This document shows, piece after piece, positions 24,901-37,700 of a stretch of DNA of 64,000 nucleotides. Origin of the DNA: Owenia fusiformis (Eukaryota); NCBI GenBank assembly GCA_903813345.2, contig CAIIXF020000001.1, positions 31,248,001 through 31,312,000 of the forward strand. The letters run 5' to 3'. Numbering within the stretch: the first letter of the stretch is position 1; each line of letters starts with the position of its first letter. The translations under genes were made by a program, and so were the position numbers. The notes beneath the pieces are model-generated. The model was not told the DNA's origin and did no database searches. It saw only the letters and a program-made list of their open reading frames with translations.

Positions 24901-27900
24901 TTGTGGGTGTCATCAATCAGACATGTAATATGATGACAGCATTCTGTCCCTGTAGCATGGTTGATAGATTGTGTTTGAACTGTCATAGCCTGGAGCAAAC
25001 ACAGTGTGAATGCCCCTGTGAATGTCCTTTGGGTATGGACTTTTGTACAGCAGAGCTTCTGGCTTACAACTCAAGGTAAATAATCTTAAAGATAACTATG
25101 ACTAACAATATTTTATTTACTTATTTCTCTGTTGGGTGTGAAATATAGCAAACTCGGATGTTATGAAAGCTTTTGGACAAAATGGTATTATTTTGGTAAC
25201 ATATATCAAAATGGAAATGTTCATGAAATAGCTTTATAATAGAAGAAAGTTTAAATGACGTCATTCGGTGTCTATTCACCATTTTGCAACATTTAGCGTT
25301 TCATATTGCATACCTTTTTCAAACTAGTATTGTACAAGCAGATTTGGTGTTTTTTAAAAAATGCATACAGACAAACACCGAGACCTAAATGTTCTGCTTG
25401 TAGGAACCCTAATTGCCCCAGTTACCCCGAGGAGGAAAAGTTAGCAGTGGCTCCAGAATCTGTCACAGAGAACCTGAAACCTTGCTTCTCTACACGCTGT
25501 TCTGACAAATTCACGCAGATGTAAGTTCTGTACCTAAAATCATGCAATAGGCTATATCAGATATTGAACCTCTTGATTTTGCTCTAGAACTAACAAATGT
25601 AAAATATCTTTTGGTACCAAAAGTGGCCAAAAATCTATTACCAGCCTTTAGTGTCCTTCTCTTATGGAAATTAATACACGTACTTTTACTTCAGAAATCC
25701 ATGAAACTCAGATTTCGTAGAATTCAGTTTCTGATACATGTTTACTTTTGTGTACTTGTAGGGAGTGTTTTGGTGTTCTCGACTGTGAGTGGTGCCAGAT
25801 GGATACAGATGGGCGCACAAAACTGAAGAAGCCATTTTGTGGTAGTCAGCGTGTATGCTTTGGTGGTGTCTTGGGCACACCTACACCCTATGGTGATGAG
25901 ATTCCTGTACAAGGTATGTCCTTATAAGAAGTTATGCTGCTATGTATGTTTAACATGGTATCCTTGACATTTAATCTTGTCATGTTTAATAATTATTGTA
26001 ATTAATATGATATATCAGGATATTTATATTAATGTAATGATCACAAAGAACTAAGTTCAGTAAGAATATTGTGAAGCTGTCCGTCAGTCAGACCATACAT
26101 TCGCCATCTGCCTGTCTATCCAAAACATAACTTAAACGCACACATTCTTTTCATATTTAGTGAAAAGATGTTCAATCAAGGGAAGAGTAGATCTGGTAAA
26201 TATTATATATACAGGATGGGTCAAAAAATTTGCAACTTTTTTAAAAGGCTTGAAAAGGATCATAACATTAAGGTATTGACATAAAAATTCATATACAAAA
26301 ACTTTAGGATAGGCATATTTTACCATTCAAATATTTAAGCTAATACTGACTTCAGTTGTTTTCAACAGATCTTTGAATATCAGTGGTAAATTGTTCATGT
26401 GTCCAAGATTTACCATTTTTCCTAGAAAAAGTGAATTTCTATGATTTTATGTGATTAACAATAACACATTCATTATGTTCTCTAAATCTGCTACAATCTT
26501 TTAATTGTTTAACCAATGGCTAGTACAGTTTTATATTAGTATCTACTATGGTATTATTTTATACTGTATCTATTAAATATTTATTTAAAACATGTTCCAT
26601 GCATCCGCCTTTTAGCTTCACTATCACACAGACACAAGGGCGTAACTGCAATGGCGCCATCCAGCGATTCTTGTGGTACTTCTTTCCACTTCTCCTAACC
26701 TCTTTTAGTTGATCAATAGTGTGTGGGGATTACCATTAACTGCAATAAACTGCTCCAGGTGCCTCCATGTGTGATAGTCACAGGGGTTGGCATTTGGTGT
26801 ATTGGGCAGCCATTTATAAGGACTAATAAATCTAGAGGTATCATCCTCCAGGTATTCCAAAGTGACCCTTGCCTGATGGCTGGGAGCGATAGTGAAGGTG
26901 AAAGGTGGATTTAAGAACATGTGATTAATAAATAATAATAATAGATCAGTATAACATAATACCATAGTAAGTAGATACTGATATAAAACTGTACTATATA
27001 TTGAATAAACAGTTATCAGAGATTGTAGATTTAGTAAACATAATGGATGTGTTATTGTTAGGGGTGAGACGACAACCCGATGAGTCGAGGACTCGCGGGT
27101 TTGGGGCTTCGAGTCGAGTCGAATCGAGTCGAAGTTGATGAATCGAATCATTTTCGAGTTGAGAAAAAAATTCGAAAAAATCAAAAAAATCAGAAAAATA
27201 CTGTCAATATGCATGTTTTTACTCGATATTGCGTTGAATATATAAGTTTCAATGACTTGGATATGCTTGTATTAAATTATTATATTGTATGTACACATAA
27301 ATGAAAGAATATATGTAATAAAATCAGAATAAACTTACGACGAATTGTGTTTGTTTATATTTCCGGCTTTCCACCATTGATGCATTAAAAATATGAACGG
27401 TCAAAAGCGATGTTGTTCGCACTTCGCGCGACTCGAAACGGATTCGAAACTCGAATCGTCATTTTCTGACTCGAACCGGATTCGACTCGAATCAGATTTT
27501 TTTGACTCGTCTCACCCCTAGTTATTGTTGATCACATAAAATCATAAAAAGTCACATTTTCTTGGAAAAACAGTAAATCTCGGACACATGAACAATTTAC
27601 CATTGATATTCAAAGATCTGTCAAAAAAATTAGAAGTCAGTATTATCTTAGATATTTGAATCGTAAAATATGCCTATCCTAAACTTTGTGTAAATCCATT
27701 TTTATGTCAATACCTTCATGTTATGATACTTTTCTAGCCTTTTAAAAAAGTTGCAAAATTGTTTGGCCCACCCTGTATATATGCTTATCTTAAAACATGT
27801 CTAAAAATGCATGATGTTCATTCTGAATTTCAGCTTTTGCAGAGAGCCAGGATGTTGTGTCATTCAAGAGTACGCCAGTGGGCCCTGTAGCTGGAGGAAT

Positions 27901-30084
27901 TATGGGATGTTTCCTGGTGCTTGCGCTGGGTGTCTACTGCTACAGACATCATGTACATAGGAACAATCACCAATATGTCACCACTGTGACAGGGGCTGAT
28001 GGTAGAATGGCACACCTAGACAATGAGCCAGATGAATTGGAAGCACCAGAAGACCTTGGCTCAGGTAAATAATAAAAAAATGAACCAGAATGTTGAAACT
28101 AACAGGTGGGCGTAGCTGTTCAAATTGCCCATCTGATGTTAGCCAGACTAAGAAACTGAGCTTTTATTAGTCTCAATATCTGGCAGCGAGGTGTTCAAAT
28201 TAATTGAGATGATTGACTAAAGCCACTGACAATTGCTGTTCATTAAAACAGTTCAGCTTGATTGTAACAATGGTAAATTCTTTGCTACTTTGTAAACAGA
28301 TAACTTTATATCACTTATTTTTATTGTACCTAAAATACGACATTGTTGTCAGTTTGGTAAGATCTTTCTGAAGTATCGCTTTATTATACTCAAATGAAAG
28401 GTAATTTAGAGTAGATTGCAAATATTGTATCGGTTTTGTAATTTGTGCCTTGTAAAATTTTAAATGGCTGCCGCCTTATGTTGAATCTCGCAATAATTTT
28501 CTGATCTCTTCAAAGTATGGCTATATTATTCTCAAATTAAAGGAAATTTAGGGCAGATCACTATTTTGGTATTGTTTTCCTGACTTGTGCCTCAGAAAAT
28601 TCAAATTGTCTTTATTATTTGTGCCTTTAAAACTCTTAAATTGTCACCCAAATGCTTTTAAAATTTGTAGAAATTCTGATATATCTCTAATGTTTCCAAT
28701 GTTTATATTTTTTGTGACAAATTCTGATTCATGTATGTTAGAGTGTTCGTTGGGATTTGCTACTCCGTGGAGTTGTTGTGGAACAAAGCCCCTCAGTATC
28801 TTAAAGATAGCCAAAGCCTCTCCAGCTTCAAAAATCGTCAAAAGAAACTGCTTCAAAAATTAAAACCTAATTTTGACACTATCACTAGCTTAAAGCTAAA
28901 TAGGAACTTAGAAATTTTAATGAACAGATTCAGAGATTTGATTTTTAAAGCACAACTATATGCACACAATTTTACAACATTAAATACTCCAAACTGTACA
29001 TGTGGATTACCTGAGACCCCAAAACATGTTTTTTTCAGGTGCCCTCAAAATACTGCAATCAGAGCAATGCTTTTTAATAAGTTATCAAGATATAAACCGC
29101 AAACTATCAAAAACGAAAACCAAATAATGCATTTCTTGAAATATGGAAGTAACGACCTCTCACCCTTACAAAAGAAGGAACACTTTATAAACGTGGCAAG
29201 CTTTATTCAAGACCATATAAAATAAGATCCCTTCCATAGTTTTCACTGCTATGCCCCTCCTTTCTGCCCTCGTTGAACCAATGACTTGACACCTCTTCAC
29301 TCTTCTTTCTTATTCTCAGCCAGAATCCCCCAGATAGCCACATTGTACTTAATGTTGTTCATAATTAGCTCATGCTAGATATATTGTTATCTTTAAGCTT
29401 GGCCTATAATGCCTTTTTGGCGATTGGCAAGCCATCTGATGTAAAATAAGATTTATGAAATAAATAGATTACCATATAAAAAATAAAAAAAAAGTTGTTT
29501 TCTAGTATTGGAAATGGAATTGCATTGAAATCGCTTGTTAGTGACTATATTGACTTGGAATACTTTTAGTAGATTAACTAGATATAGAAGAATGAATGTA
29601 TGAGAATAATAGCTTCATGTTTCGATATATATTTGCAGGTCACACCAACATTGTGCTGGCTATGTTTGAGAATCCCGCCACTATTTCACCCTATCGGATG
29701 AACACTATGTATAGACGACCCCATGGAGGGGACAGTAGTGACCATGGTTACAGTACCATGACACCCCATGAGGACAGTGAACGGGCAAGCACTACCTGTG
29801 CTGAACCTCTCCTGATCAGCAGAGATCGATTAAAGCCACTCCTCCACAGTGGCACTCCAGTGAAAGCTATTCCCCCGCCCCCTCATTCTAATAACAGTCG
29901 GCGAAGTCGTAGCCCCACCCCACCTCAAACACGACTTATCGCGTCTCCTTCAAACTACGCAGTTATCCCGGAAGACACACAGACAATAATCCCTCAACAA
30001 ACCGTGCTGCCCTCTACTGTACAAGAATCAGCACCCCACCATATTTTTGCCAATGTGCAGGTTCATATGGTTGATTCCCATTAG
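12941..30084 (+). CDS. CACHD1: VWFA and cache domain-containing protein 1 (alpha2delta-like), 20 coding exons, ~1355 aa
   Basis: Phase-consistent GT-AG exons: 12941-13255, 15031-15242, 16895-17004, 17389-17530, 17952-18232, 18481-18567, 19828-19965, 20219-20322, 21153-21285, 21711-21875, 22045-22280, 22542-22620, 22899-23134, 23289-23386, 23990-24184, 24485-25075, 25404-25520, 25762-25913, 27834-28064, 29639-30084 (4068 nt). The protein has a signal peptide, a VWA domain with variant MIDAS DHGNS, cache motifs ([25 protein letters not shown]), the Cys-rich CECPCECP, a TM segment ([21 protein letters not shown]) and the cytoplasmic [10 protein letters not shown] motif. Confidence 0.95.
14075..14531. 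mobile_element. MITE with 6-bp TSD in CACHD1 intron 1
   Basis: CATAGATACTAGT...ACTAGTATCTGTG, flanked by taatat on both sides, with internal gcagaattt repeats. A related partial copy is at ~20364-20920. Confidence 0.75.
15255..15863. mobile_element. hAT-type MITE with 8-bp TSD in CACHD1 intron 2
   Basis: TAGTGGTG...CACCACTA flanked by the perfect duplication gtaccaac (15247-15254, 15864-15871). Confidence 0.88.
15986..16775 (+). mobile_element. Internally deleted hAT element retaining a transposase-like N-terminal fragment
   Basis: TIR CAGTGCTTGAACTAAGC...GCTTAGCTCAAGCACTG. The flanks are ggggggcg and an expanded G-run followed by cg. ORF 16335-16556 has [16 protein letters not shown], which resembles the start of a TTF-type zinc finger. 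Confidence 0.8.
26212..27775 (-). mobile_element. Defective Tc1/mariner-superfamily element with long TIRs and a transposase C-terminal remnant
   Basis: ta|CAGGATGGGTCAAA...TTTGGCCCACCCTG|ta with TIRs of ~300 bp. The minus-strand peptide [13 protein letters not shown]...[22 protein letters not shown] resembles the WPPNSPDLNPLDY motif. Confidence 0.85.
27059..27520. mobile_element. hAT-type MITE with 8-bp TSD nested in the right TIR of the Tc1/mariner element
   Basis: TAGGGGTGAGACGA...TCGTCTCACCCCTA flanked by gttattgt on both sides, with subterminal gagtcga/tcgactc repeats. Confidence 0.9.
28745..29493 (+). mobile_element. 5'-truncated LINE (CR1/L2-like) 3' end in the last CACHD1 intron
   Basis: The ORF 28731-29225 has LWNKAP...SLSSFKN and the C-terminal CTCG.PET..H.FF.CP motif, followed by a 3' UTR, AATAAA and an A-rich tail. 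Confidence 0.75.
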
Positions 30085-33000
30085 CTGCTGATTCTACCAC
30101 AACACATAGGCATCTGGATCTAAAATATCAAGGATTATTTTTTGGTTAACTTGTGTGTTTACTGTGAAGAACAGTACAATAAAGTGACTTGCAAGGGTGT
30201 AATAGATTTAGATGCCTGTTAAAAGTGGGTAGTGGACAATCATTTTGTGTAAATATTGTGTATATAAATGTACATAATGGATATATACTTAATGATTTAG
30301 TTAATGTATTCTAACAAATGTAGATAGTAAACTGTAATATTTAGTTATGTGTCAGAGATGACATGAAGCATTGTTACCACCTTGATGCAGCAGGCCAATA
30401 AATGTCCTGGTTCTCATTATTTAAGAAATTGAATTTTCTGTTTTCTTCCAAAAACCTCTATTGAGGGTGAAATGGTCAGTTACTAGTGTATAATTTATGC
30501 CAAAAAGTCATAATTGTTTTTATAGTCTAAGATATATGTAATAATACAAATGATGATCATACTGTATGTGAGCAAAACTCTTAAATCAAGAGATTTGATG
30601 CATTTTACGAAATCCTTATGACAGTACATTAACAGTGAAATAATGACACTTTCTACAAACTTTATGCAACTGAAACTTTAACAAATGTATGTTATCAGGG
30701 TAGGCATTTTACATGGAAGCGCTTCAATTTAAATTATTATTCAAGTTTGAAGAAAGAAATAACAATGTAATAATACTATGCTGTAGATGTCTTATATTCT
30801 TTTGTATTTTATATAAATGAGGTCAAACAAATGCCATATGATGTTGTATGAATCCAAAATGATTTAGAATTCTGCAGTGATTATGGAAAGAAAATTTTAC
30901 TTGTAATCAATGTTGTATGGTGCCAGTATTAGTCAACAAAGTTACAAGTATTTTATAATATGAATTTAAGTTGAATGTTTCTTTTCAGGCAGATTCACTG
31001 TATGTAATTTAATAATTGAAATGCCAATGTAATATGTATTTATGCTTTTAGTTCAAAAATCAGTTGTAATATTCATTAATGAGTTTTTAAGACATGTAAG
31101 AAACAACAAATTGTTAATATTAGGATATTTGTAGTGAAGATGATCTGTATTTTGATCAACAATATTTAGAATGTTGTTGATCTGTTAAAGGGAGAATCAT
31201 ACCTAGCGAGTGGGCTTAACAAAAAATGTTTCAGTTTAGAATATTTTAGGCTTAGTCATTCCTTTCCATGGTTATTTTCTAAAATCCTCAAAGTGCATAC
31301 TTATTTCAGGGAAACTAAAGATTTTTACATCAAACTTTGCCCCACATACTAGCTGAACCACATCTCTCCACAAACTGACATACACTCATTCTAGCCTAAT
31401 GGGGTTTGATGTAGTGATGTAGAGAATTCAGTGGTAACCCATGTTTGATTAGACTGTTCAAAACCATTATATTATAGCCAATTCTATGTATTGTCATTAG
31501 TTTATCTACCATGCAATATGAAAATCTAGGTTTTCCATGACAACTTAATAACTGTTTACCTTTCAATCTTTAGTTTTGCTTTTTGGTATGTTGTTAATGA
31601 AAGGTCTTAGCCAAGTCCTGATGTTGTACATTGCAATACAATCACTTGTTATGTTCCACACATTGGTAATGTTAAACATGTTAAATATCAGTGGAATTCT
31701 TCCTTACTCAACCATGAAATGGCTTATAAATGCAACTGTAACTGTTTTAGAAAACTTTTAATACTTTTTAGAATATTTACAAGTGTAATAGCGGAGTACT
31801 ACCATTGTAGTAATGAAATATTCATAATAAAGCTGATGAAAAGTTAATCTTGTCTCTATTTTTTGTCACGCAGAGTCATTGTTATTAACAGTCATCCAGG
31901 ACTATCATGATAAAGTGTGAATCTCAACACATTTCATTGGGTAATGGTGTTATTCATGTTATACTAGGGCATTATTTCATAGTTATTAATTTATACCTTG
32001 ATTGACCAACAATTACAACATCCAACAATATAGTGTCTAAATTTTGGATTATGTATCAATTTACATTATTAATATCATTTTACACCACATTCAGAATCAG
32101 AATTCAGTTTTAAATATGACAACACTCAGACTCAAAGAGATTTCCTAGGTAAGTTGGCCCAAGTTGTTATTGTAGCTTATACAACTTGAGAGTTTTATAA
32201 TAGGAATATGTATATGATATTCTATGATTCAATATCTGGATGAGTGAGCATAGCAACTTAACCCCCCCCCCTGGATTTCGTCTTGTGGGGCCACCTAAAG
32301 ACCCAGGTCTTCACAACACTAATGTGAATGAACCTTATCAAAGAATAATTGATAGTCAGTCTGGAACAACAAGAAAGGGAGCTCATCATGCCTGCTTGTA
32401 GGAACATATTGTTAAGGCGACTGCATGTTTGCTTGGATAGGCACGGCTGTCATGTCACAAAAGACAGAAAAAAAATTGCAGAATGAATCAGTAAAAAAAA
32501 TGTTAAAGGAATGCTTCCTTTGTTCTTTTTAACCACTGAGGAGTTGGCGCAAGTCAGATTTCACATGAGTCAATGAATTCTGTCCTGACTCCTGTGTAGT
32601 CAACCATTGAAGGATTTTAAACCTGCTGGTGTCAAATTAATTGAGAGAGCTTGCACTTTAAGTATTCTATTATGTTTTAGGGTAAATGCCAAAATCATAA
32701 AAGATATTGACCATTTTGTACTAATAACATTTTTATTGAGACACTCTATAGATCTGATACAACATTTAAGTTTAATGTTTCGATTATTTTTAAGCTTGAA
32801 GACAAGTGGCATAATGTCTGCCAAAAACATAATACCTGGTTGTAAATTGAAATTGTGGGATATCCTCATCATGTATACATTGAGTAATAAATAAAGGGCC
32901 AAGTATATAAGTATCCAACAATTCTACAGCAACAAATACACAATGACATTGTATAAATAGGTAATAAATATATTTCATGAAATGAATTGAATGTCCAAAT

Positions 33001-33594
33001 TGTTAACAGAATATCAAGGTTCTCTCCTCTACATGTTGAGGTAACAAAGTATTAATTTTACTAAACAGTATATTTAATATTTTACAGCCACCTTTTGGGA
33101 AAATTTGTTTTTGTATTAAAGTAAATCTCTTCAACAGAGGAAAAGTAGAAGCTGGGATCAATAGTAAGTGGATCCCATAAAATGAATACGAGCACTGGCA
33201 CAGACCAATGAAAGTTTTCAATTGTTCTAAATTTGGTATGGAAAACATGGCAGATTGAAGGCTGGACATATGGAATGGATGGATGGACGGACACGTCGGA
33301 CAGACAGATGAGTGTTTCCATAGGCTCAGAATGTGAGCTCAAAAATATACAAGTAATCCATGTTGATGGGAAATCTAGTTTCCAACTTCTAGATTTAGTT
33401 GTATACTGTATTTGTCTTTAATTTGGCGAGCGTTTTAAATTGGCGAATTAAAAAAATCGCCAAATCCAAAATCCCCGGGAATATGACATATTTTTCATTT
33501 GTTGCACTTCCGGTTATAAGAAAGATACCAAGATGGCTGGGCTGCTTAAATTTATAGAAATAACAAAAAATAAGAAATTGTTCATCAACAACAC

Positions 33595-33845
33595 CAGTGC
33601 TCTACCCAGGATCATTTTTTGTGGAGGATTTTGTTATTTCTTAAGTGCAACATTTCAGCATTTTGTAACTTTTCGTGCTACATTTTAAGATTTTGTAATT
33701 TTTTGTGCTACATTTTAGAATTTCTTTATTTTTTATTGTAACATTTTAGGATCTAGGCACATCTAATTGCATTGAGGAGCATTTTGGTTTTATAAAATAC
33801 ATGGAGGTGCTGCGCCTCAGAGATTTCAATGTGGGGAGAGCACTG
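33595..33845. mobile_element. Old hAT-like MITE
   Basis: CAGTGCTCT...AGAGCACTG; flanks aacaacac and aacagtac (6 of 8 match). Confidence 0.55.
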
Positions 33846-34462
33846 AACAGTACTAACAATGAGTATATTGAATTGGGTTGGATGAGAGAATGTCTGGAAA
33901 CAACAAGAACAAGTTTATATTGAAAAGTACATTAAAGTAAGGTTAAAACATAAACAAATGAATGTACTGACTGACCCCAAAAATACAACCCTCTATTTTA
34001 GAAAAACTAATTGATTTTTTGTGTGGGTACGTGTACTTGGGAAGATTGAATAAACGCAAGAAGCTCACACGTCTCAAAGTCATGACCTCATGATTACAGC
34101 GACAGTGCCTAACTAAGTGTGTTCAGTACTCTAGAATGCTCAGCCAACTCGATAACCCCTTGGCTCCCTGTAATGCAATGCACCATTCAAAGGTTTACAC
34201 AAGATTTTGACATAATAAAAATTTGGATGTCAAAGTCCTTACCCTGGGCAAACTAGTCAATCAATTTCCGACCATGGGAACAATAATTTAACAGCTAGTC
34301 AAATACTAGTTATTCCTTATTACAGCAAATAAACATTTGAAATTACATCCCTTGGGATAATACTGAGTGAGTGACACGAGTGTCAAATTCCTGATCTTCC
34401 CCATATTTGGGGATCTCAAAGAAGTTTGCATATAATTTACTCTAGGCTAATGTTTCTGTCAA

Positions 34463-34666
34463 CAGGCCCGTAGCCAGGATTTGCCAAGGGGGGGTTCACT
34501 TTATGGAAAATTCCAGGGGGGTTCACTTTTGACAATTTGGGTCCAAAAAGGGCCAAAATCACTTAAAAAGTGCTCAGAATGGTGAAAAACTGCATGATTT
34601 TGAAAGAATTTTTGGCCAGGGGGGGGTTCGCCCGAACCATGCGAACCCCCCCTGGCTACGGGCCTG
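34463..34666. mobile_element. 204-bp MITE with apparent 5-bp TSD, just downstream of the CCNB1IP1 stop
   Basis: CAGGCCCGTAGCCAGG...CCTGGCTACGGGCCTG flanked by gtcaa on both sides. Confidence 0.85.
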
Positions 34667-34776
34667 GTCAACATTAGTTTCCCCAAGCAAGCTATACAAA
34701 CATTTCTCCTAAACAAACACTGACTGTATGGAGGTTTTATGTTTTTAGTCTGAAATTGCTTATTTAATGTTTAAGC

Positions 34777-37700
34777 TTAGGAATTCCTTCGTCTATCAAC
34801 ACTTGGGGTAGACAGTAGATTATCTATTGCAAATTGCCGCTGCATATCATCAACTGATGATCTTTGCCGTGAGATTAAAGGGGTACTCCTTGGTTGTAGA
34901 ACAAAGTCCATCTCTGGTGGAGACATGATGGAATACCTTCTATTAGTTTGTCTTGTAAAGGCATCCCCACCAGAACCAATCATGGCTATATTGAATGACC
35001 GTTCACTTCTTGTATCATTAGAGTTCATATTAATCTGCGTCTGGTTTTCAAAATCAGATGGATTGATACTTTTCCTACGCAAGGCATCATAGAGGGCTTG
35101 TAGCTTCTGATACTGTCGTGACTTTTCCATGAATTTCTCAGAGGCTGTGTTGTATTGTGTGTTCTTTGAATCAAGTTCCTTTCGAACGCTTGATATCTGA
35201 AGCTTCAATGCTTGGATTTCAGCTGATGACTTCTTTGCGAGTGTTTCATAGCATTGCTCCAATTGAGAGATACGATCTTTTGACTTTTTAGCCACATATT
35301 CCTGATAGGCTCTCTCCTGATGGGACTGGTACGTCCAGAATGCCATTGATCTGGTGCAGATCTCCATAATGGTTTCAGGCTTTAATCCAGACAGCACCAT
35401 TGACTTGTATTGCTCAGTAGGTTGTAGGTCAATCCTTATAATATCCAATTTCCCTGAAAAACAATGCAGACAGTGGTTCTTATTAGATAAGAATATTTAG
35501 TGTAAAGCATTTGTAAACATTTAAACAAACAGGCACATGACTTGAATGAAATCATCAAACAGACACGAGGAATAAACATGGTTTTCCTGGATGACAAGAA
35601 ACTTAAAAAATTAGATTTGACCTAGATTTTGACCTTGACCTAGATAAAAATTCTTTTCCTGTAAAGTTCAGTCCAGGTCCTACTATAGCTAGTTGGAAGT
35701 ATCATAAAAAGAGTGAAAGTTTTTAAAACAATTTAAAATCTAAAAACCTGCCATGACTTATAGATGAGAAAGTTCCCTGAAAATGATAAAGTCCTACTTT
35801 TTGTCAAATGTACTGGGTAAACACTGAAAAATATCATTTCAAGATCAAGAGCTTTGAAATCTTCAGAGGACATTATGTTGCACATACAGCAACTACTTAT
35901 ATTTATTTGAAAGCTCGACTTTAACAAAGTGTCTGATTTTTAAAGAAAAGTCAAAATTGGCAATTTCTCAGAAACTGGGCAAACTTGGGAAATGGCGATG
36001 ACAGGTCATAGGTACTATATCTAGTATGGATATACATAAAATGAATTTGGATATGACTTAAAGTCAGGTTGCATGTTCGGAATTTGCTGCACATGTTATT
36101 TCTCAAAGGAATGGTATCGATATGGAGAACTTTTTGAACACACGTTTCTCTTCAACCAGTCATAAAAAAAAATCTAAAAATTAAACACATCGTCAATGTA
36201 ATGGTCATCTTTTGAATGGTAACAATATAATTTGAAAAATATATATATACTTTCACCTATATTGTTTTAGAAAACACATCAAACACTTGTTTTGTTCTTG
36301 GTATCATGTTTCCAGAGTGAAATGAAACATCTTTCCGAACCTCATTGGAACAAAATGACATAAACACATAACATGTTTAGGTCTCTCAATATTGTAAATG
36401 TACAAAGGAAATTTTGGTTGATTTTTAAAAAGTATCTTGTTAATGAAATAAAAGGTTTATCTTGATTTTTATCTATTTTGGAGGGATTTTGTTTTAATTT
36501 TTTGAATACTTTTTTAAAATCAACCAAAAATTCCTTTGTATAACTATAATATTGAGAGGTCTAATTGTATATGCTATTTTGTTCCAACAAGGTTCGGAAA
36601 GACATTCTATTACATTCTCAAGAATTGGTAGAAAGGAGCAAAAACAATTGCACTAAAAAAAACAAAAATGTTAACAAAAACAGTTATATAAAATATTTCT
36701 AAATGATTTTCGCATTAAAATACCGTGTTTTTACAGAATGTTTTCAATGATTGGTTTAAGAGAAAAACATTGATGAATTCAGTTCTCCATATCGATACCA
36801 ATCCTTTGTATCACTCCTTCACCACAATGTCTACATCTCTCACTTTTGCACAACGAGCGCACTAAATGTACCTAGAAAAGAATGTGAAGAAGAATGTTTT
36901 GATGAAATGAAAAATTAGTACCGTGGGTACCGGGCTCACATGGTGACAGAAAAACGGATATAATTTTTTGCTGATTTTTTGTTACAAAATTATTTCAAGC
37001 CATCTGTCTCGCAGTCAATTAAAATGGCTGAAAAAAAAACGGATATAATTTTTTGCCAATAATTTGTAACAAAATTATTTCATACAACTACTCTTTACAG
37101 TGACATGGCTTTTTGCAATGCAAGACACCTGAAATTATTTGTAAAGCTAGGAAATGGGGCAAAATTGTATTTCACGAGACAAAAATGGCGACCATTTTGA
37201 AATCAGACAAGCTTTTGAACCAGGAGTCATAGGGGAGTTTTTAGTATTGATGTTGAACAAAAATAACTTGAAACTGGAATCCTATCGACAGAGGTTTTAA
37301 GCAAATGGTCCAAAAGAGGATTTCGCGAGACAGATGGACAAATCAATGTTAACTGGCTGAAAATAAAAAAAACAGATATAATATTTTGCCGATTTTTTGT
37401 AACAAAATTATTTCATACAACTACCTTTTACAGTGACATGGCTTTTTACAATGCAGGACAGCTGAAATTATTTGTAAAGCTAGGAAATGGGCAAAAAGTG
37501 AATTTCGCGAAACAAGAATGGCAACCATTTTGAAAATAGGCGAGCTTTTGAACCAAGAGTCATAGGAGAGTTTTTGTATTGATGTTGAACAAAATTAACT
37601 TAAAATGGGAATCCTATTGACAGAGGGTTTAAGGTAAATGGTCCAAAAGTGGATTTTGCGAGACAGATGGACAAATCAATGTTAAATAAAATGGCTGAAA

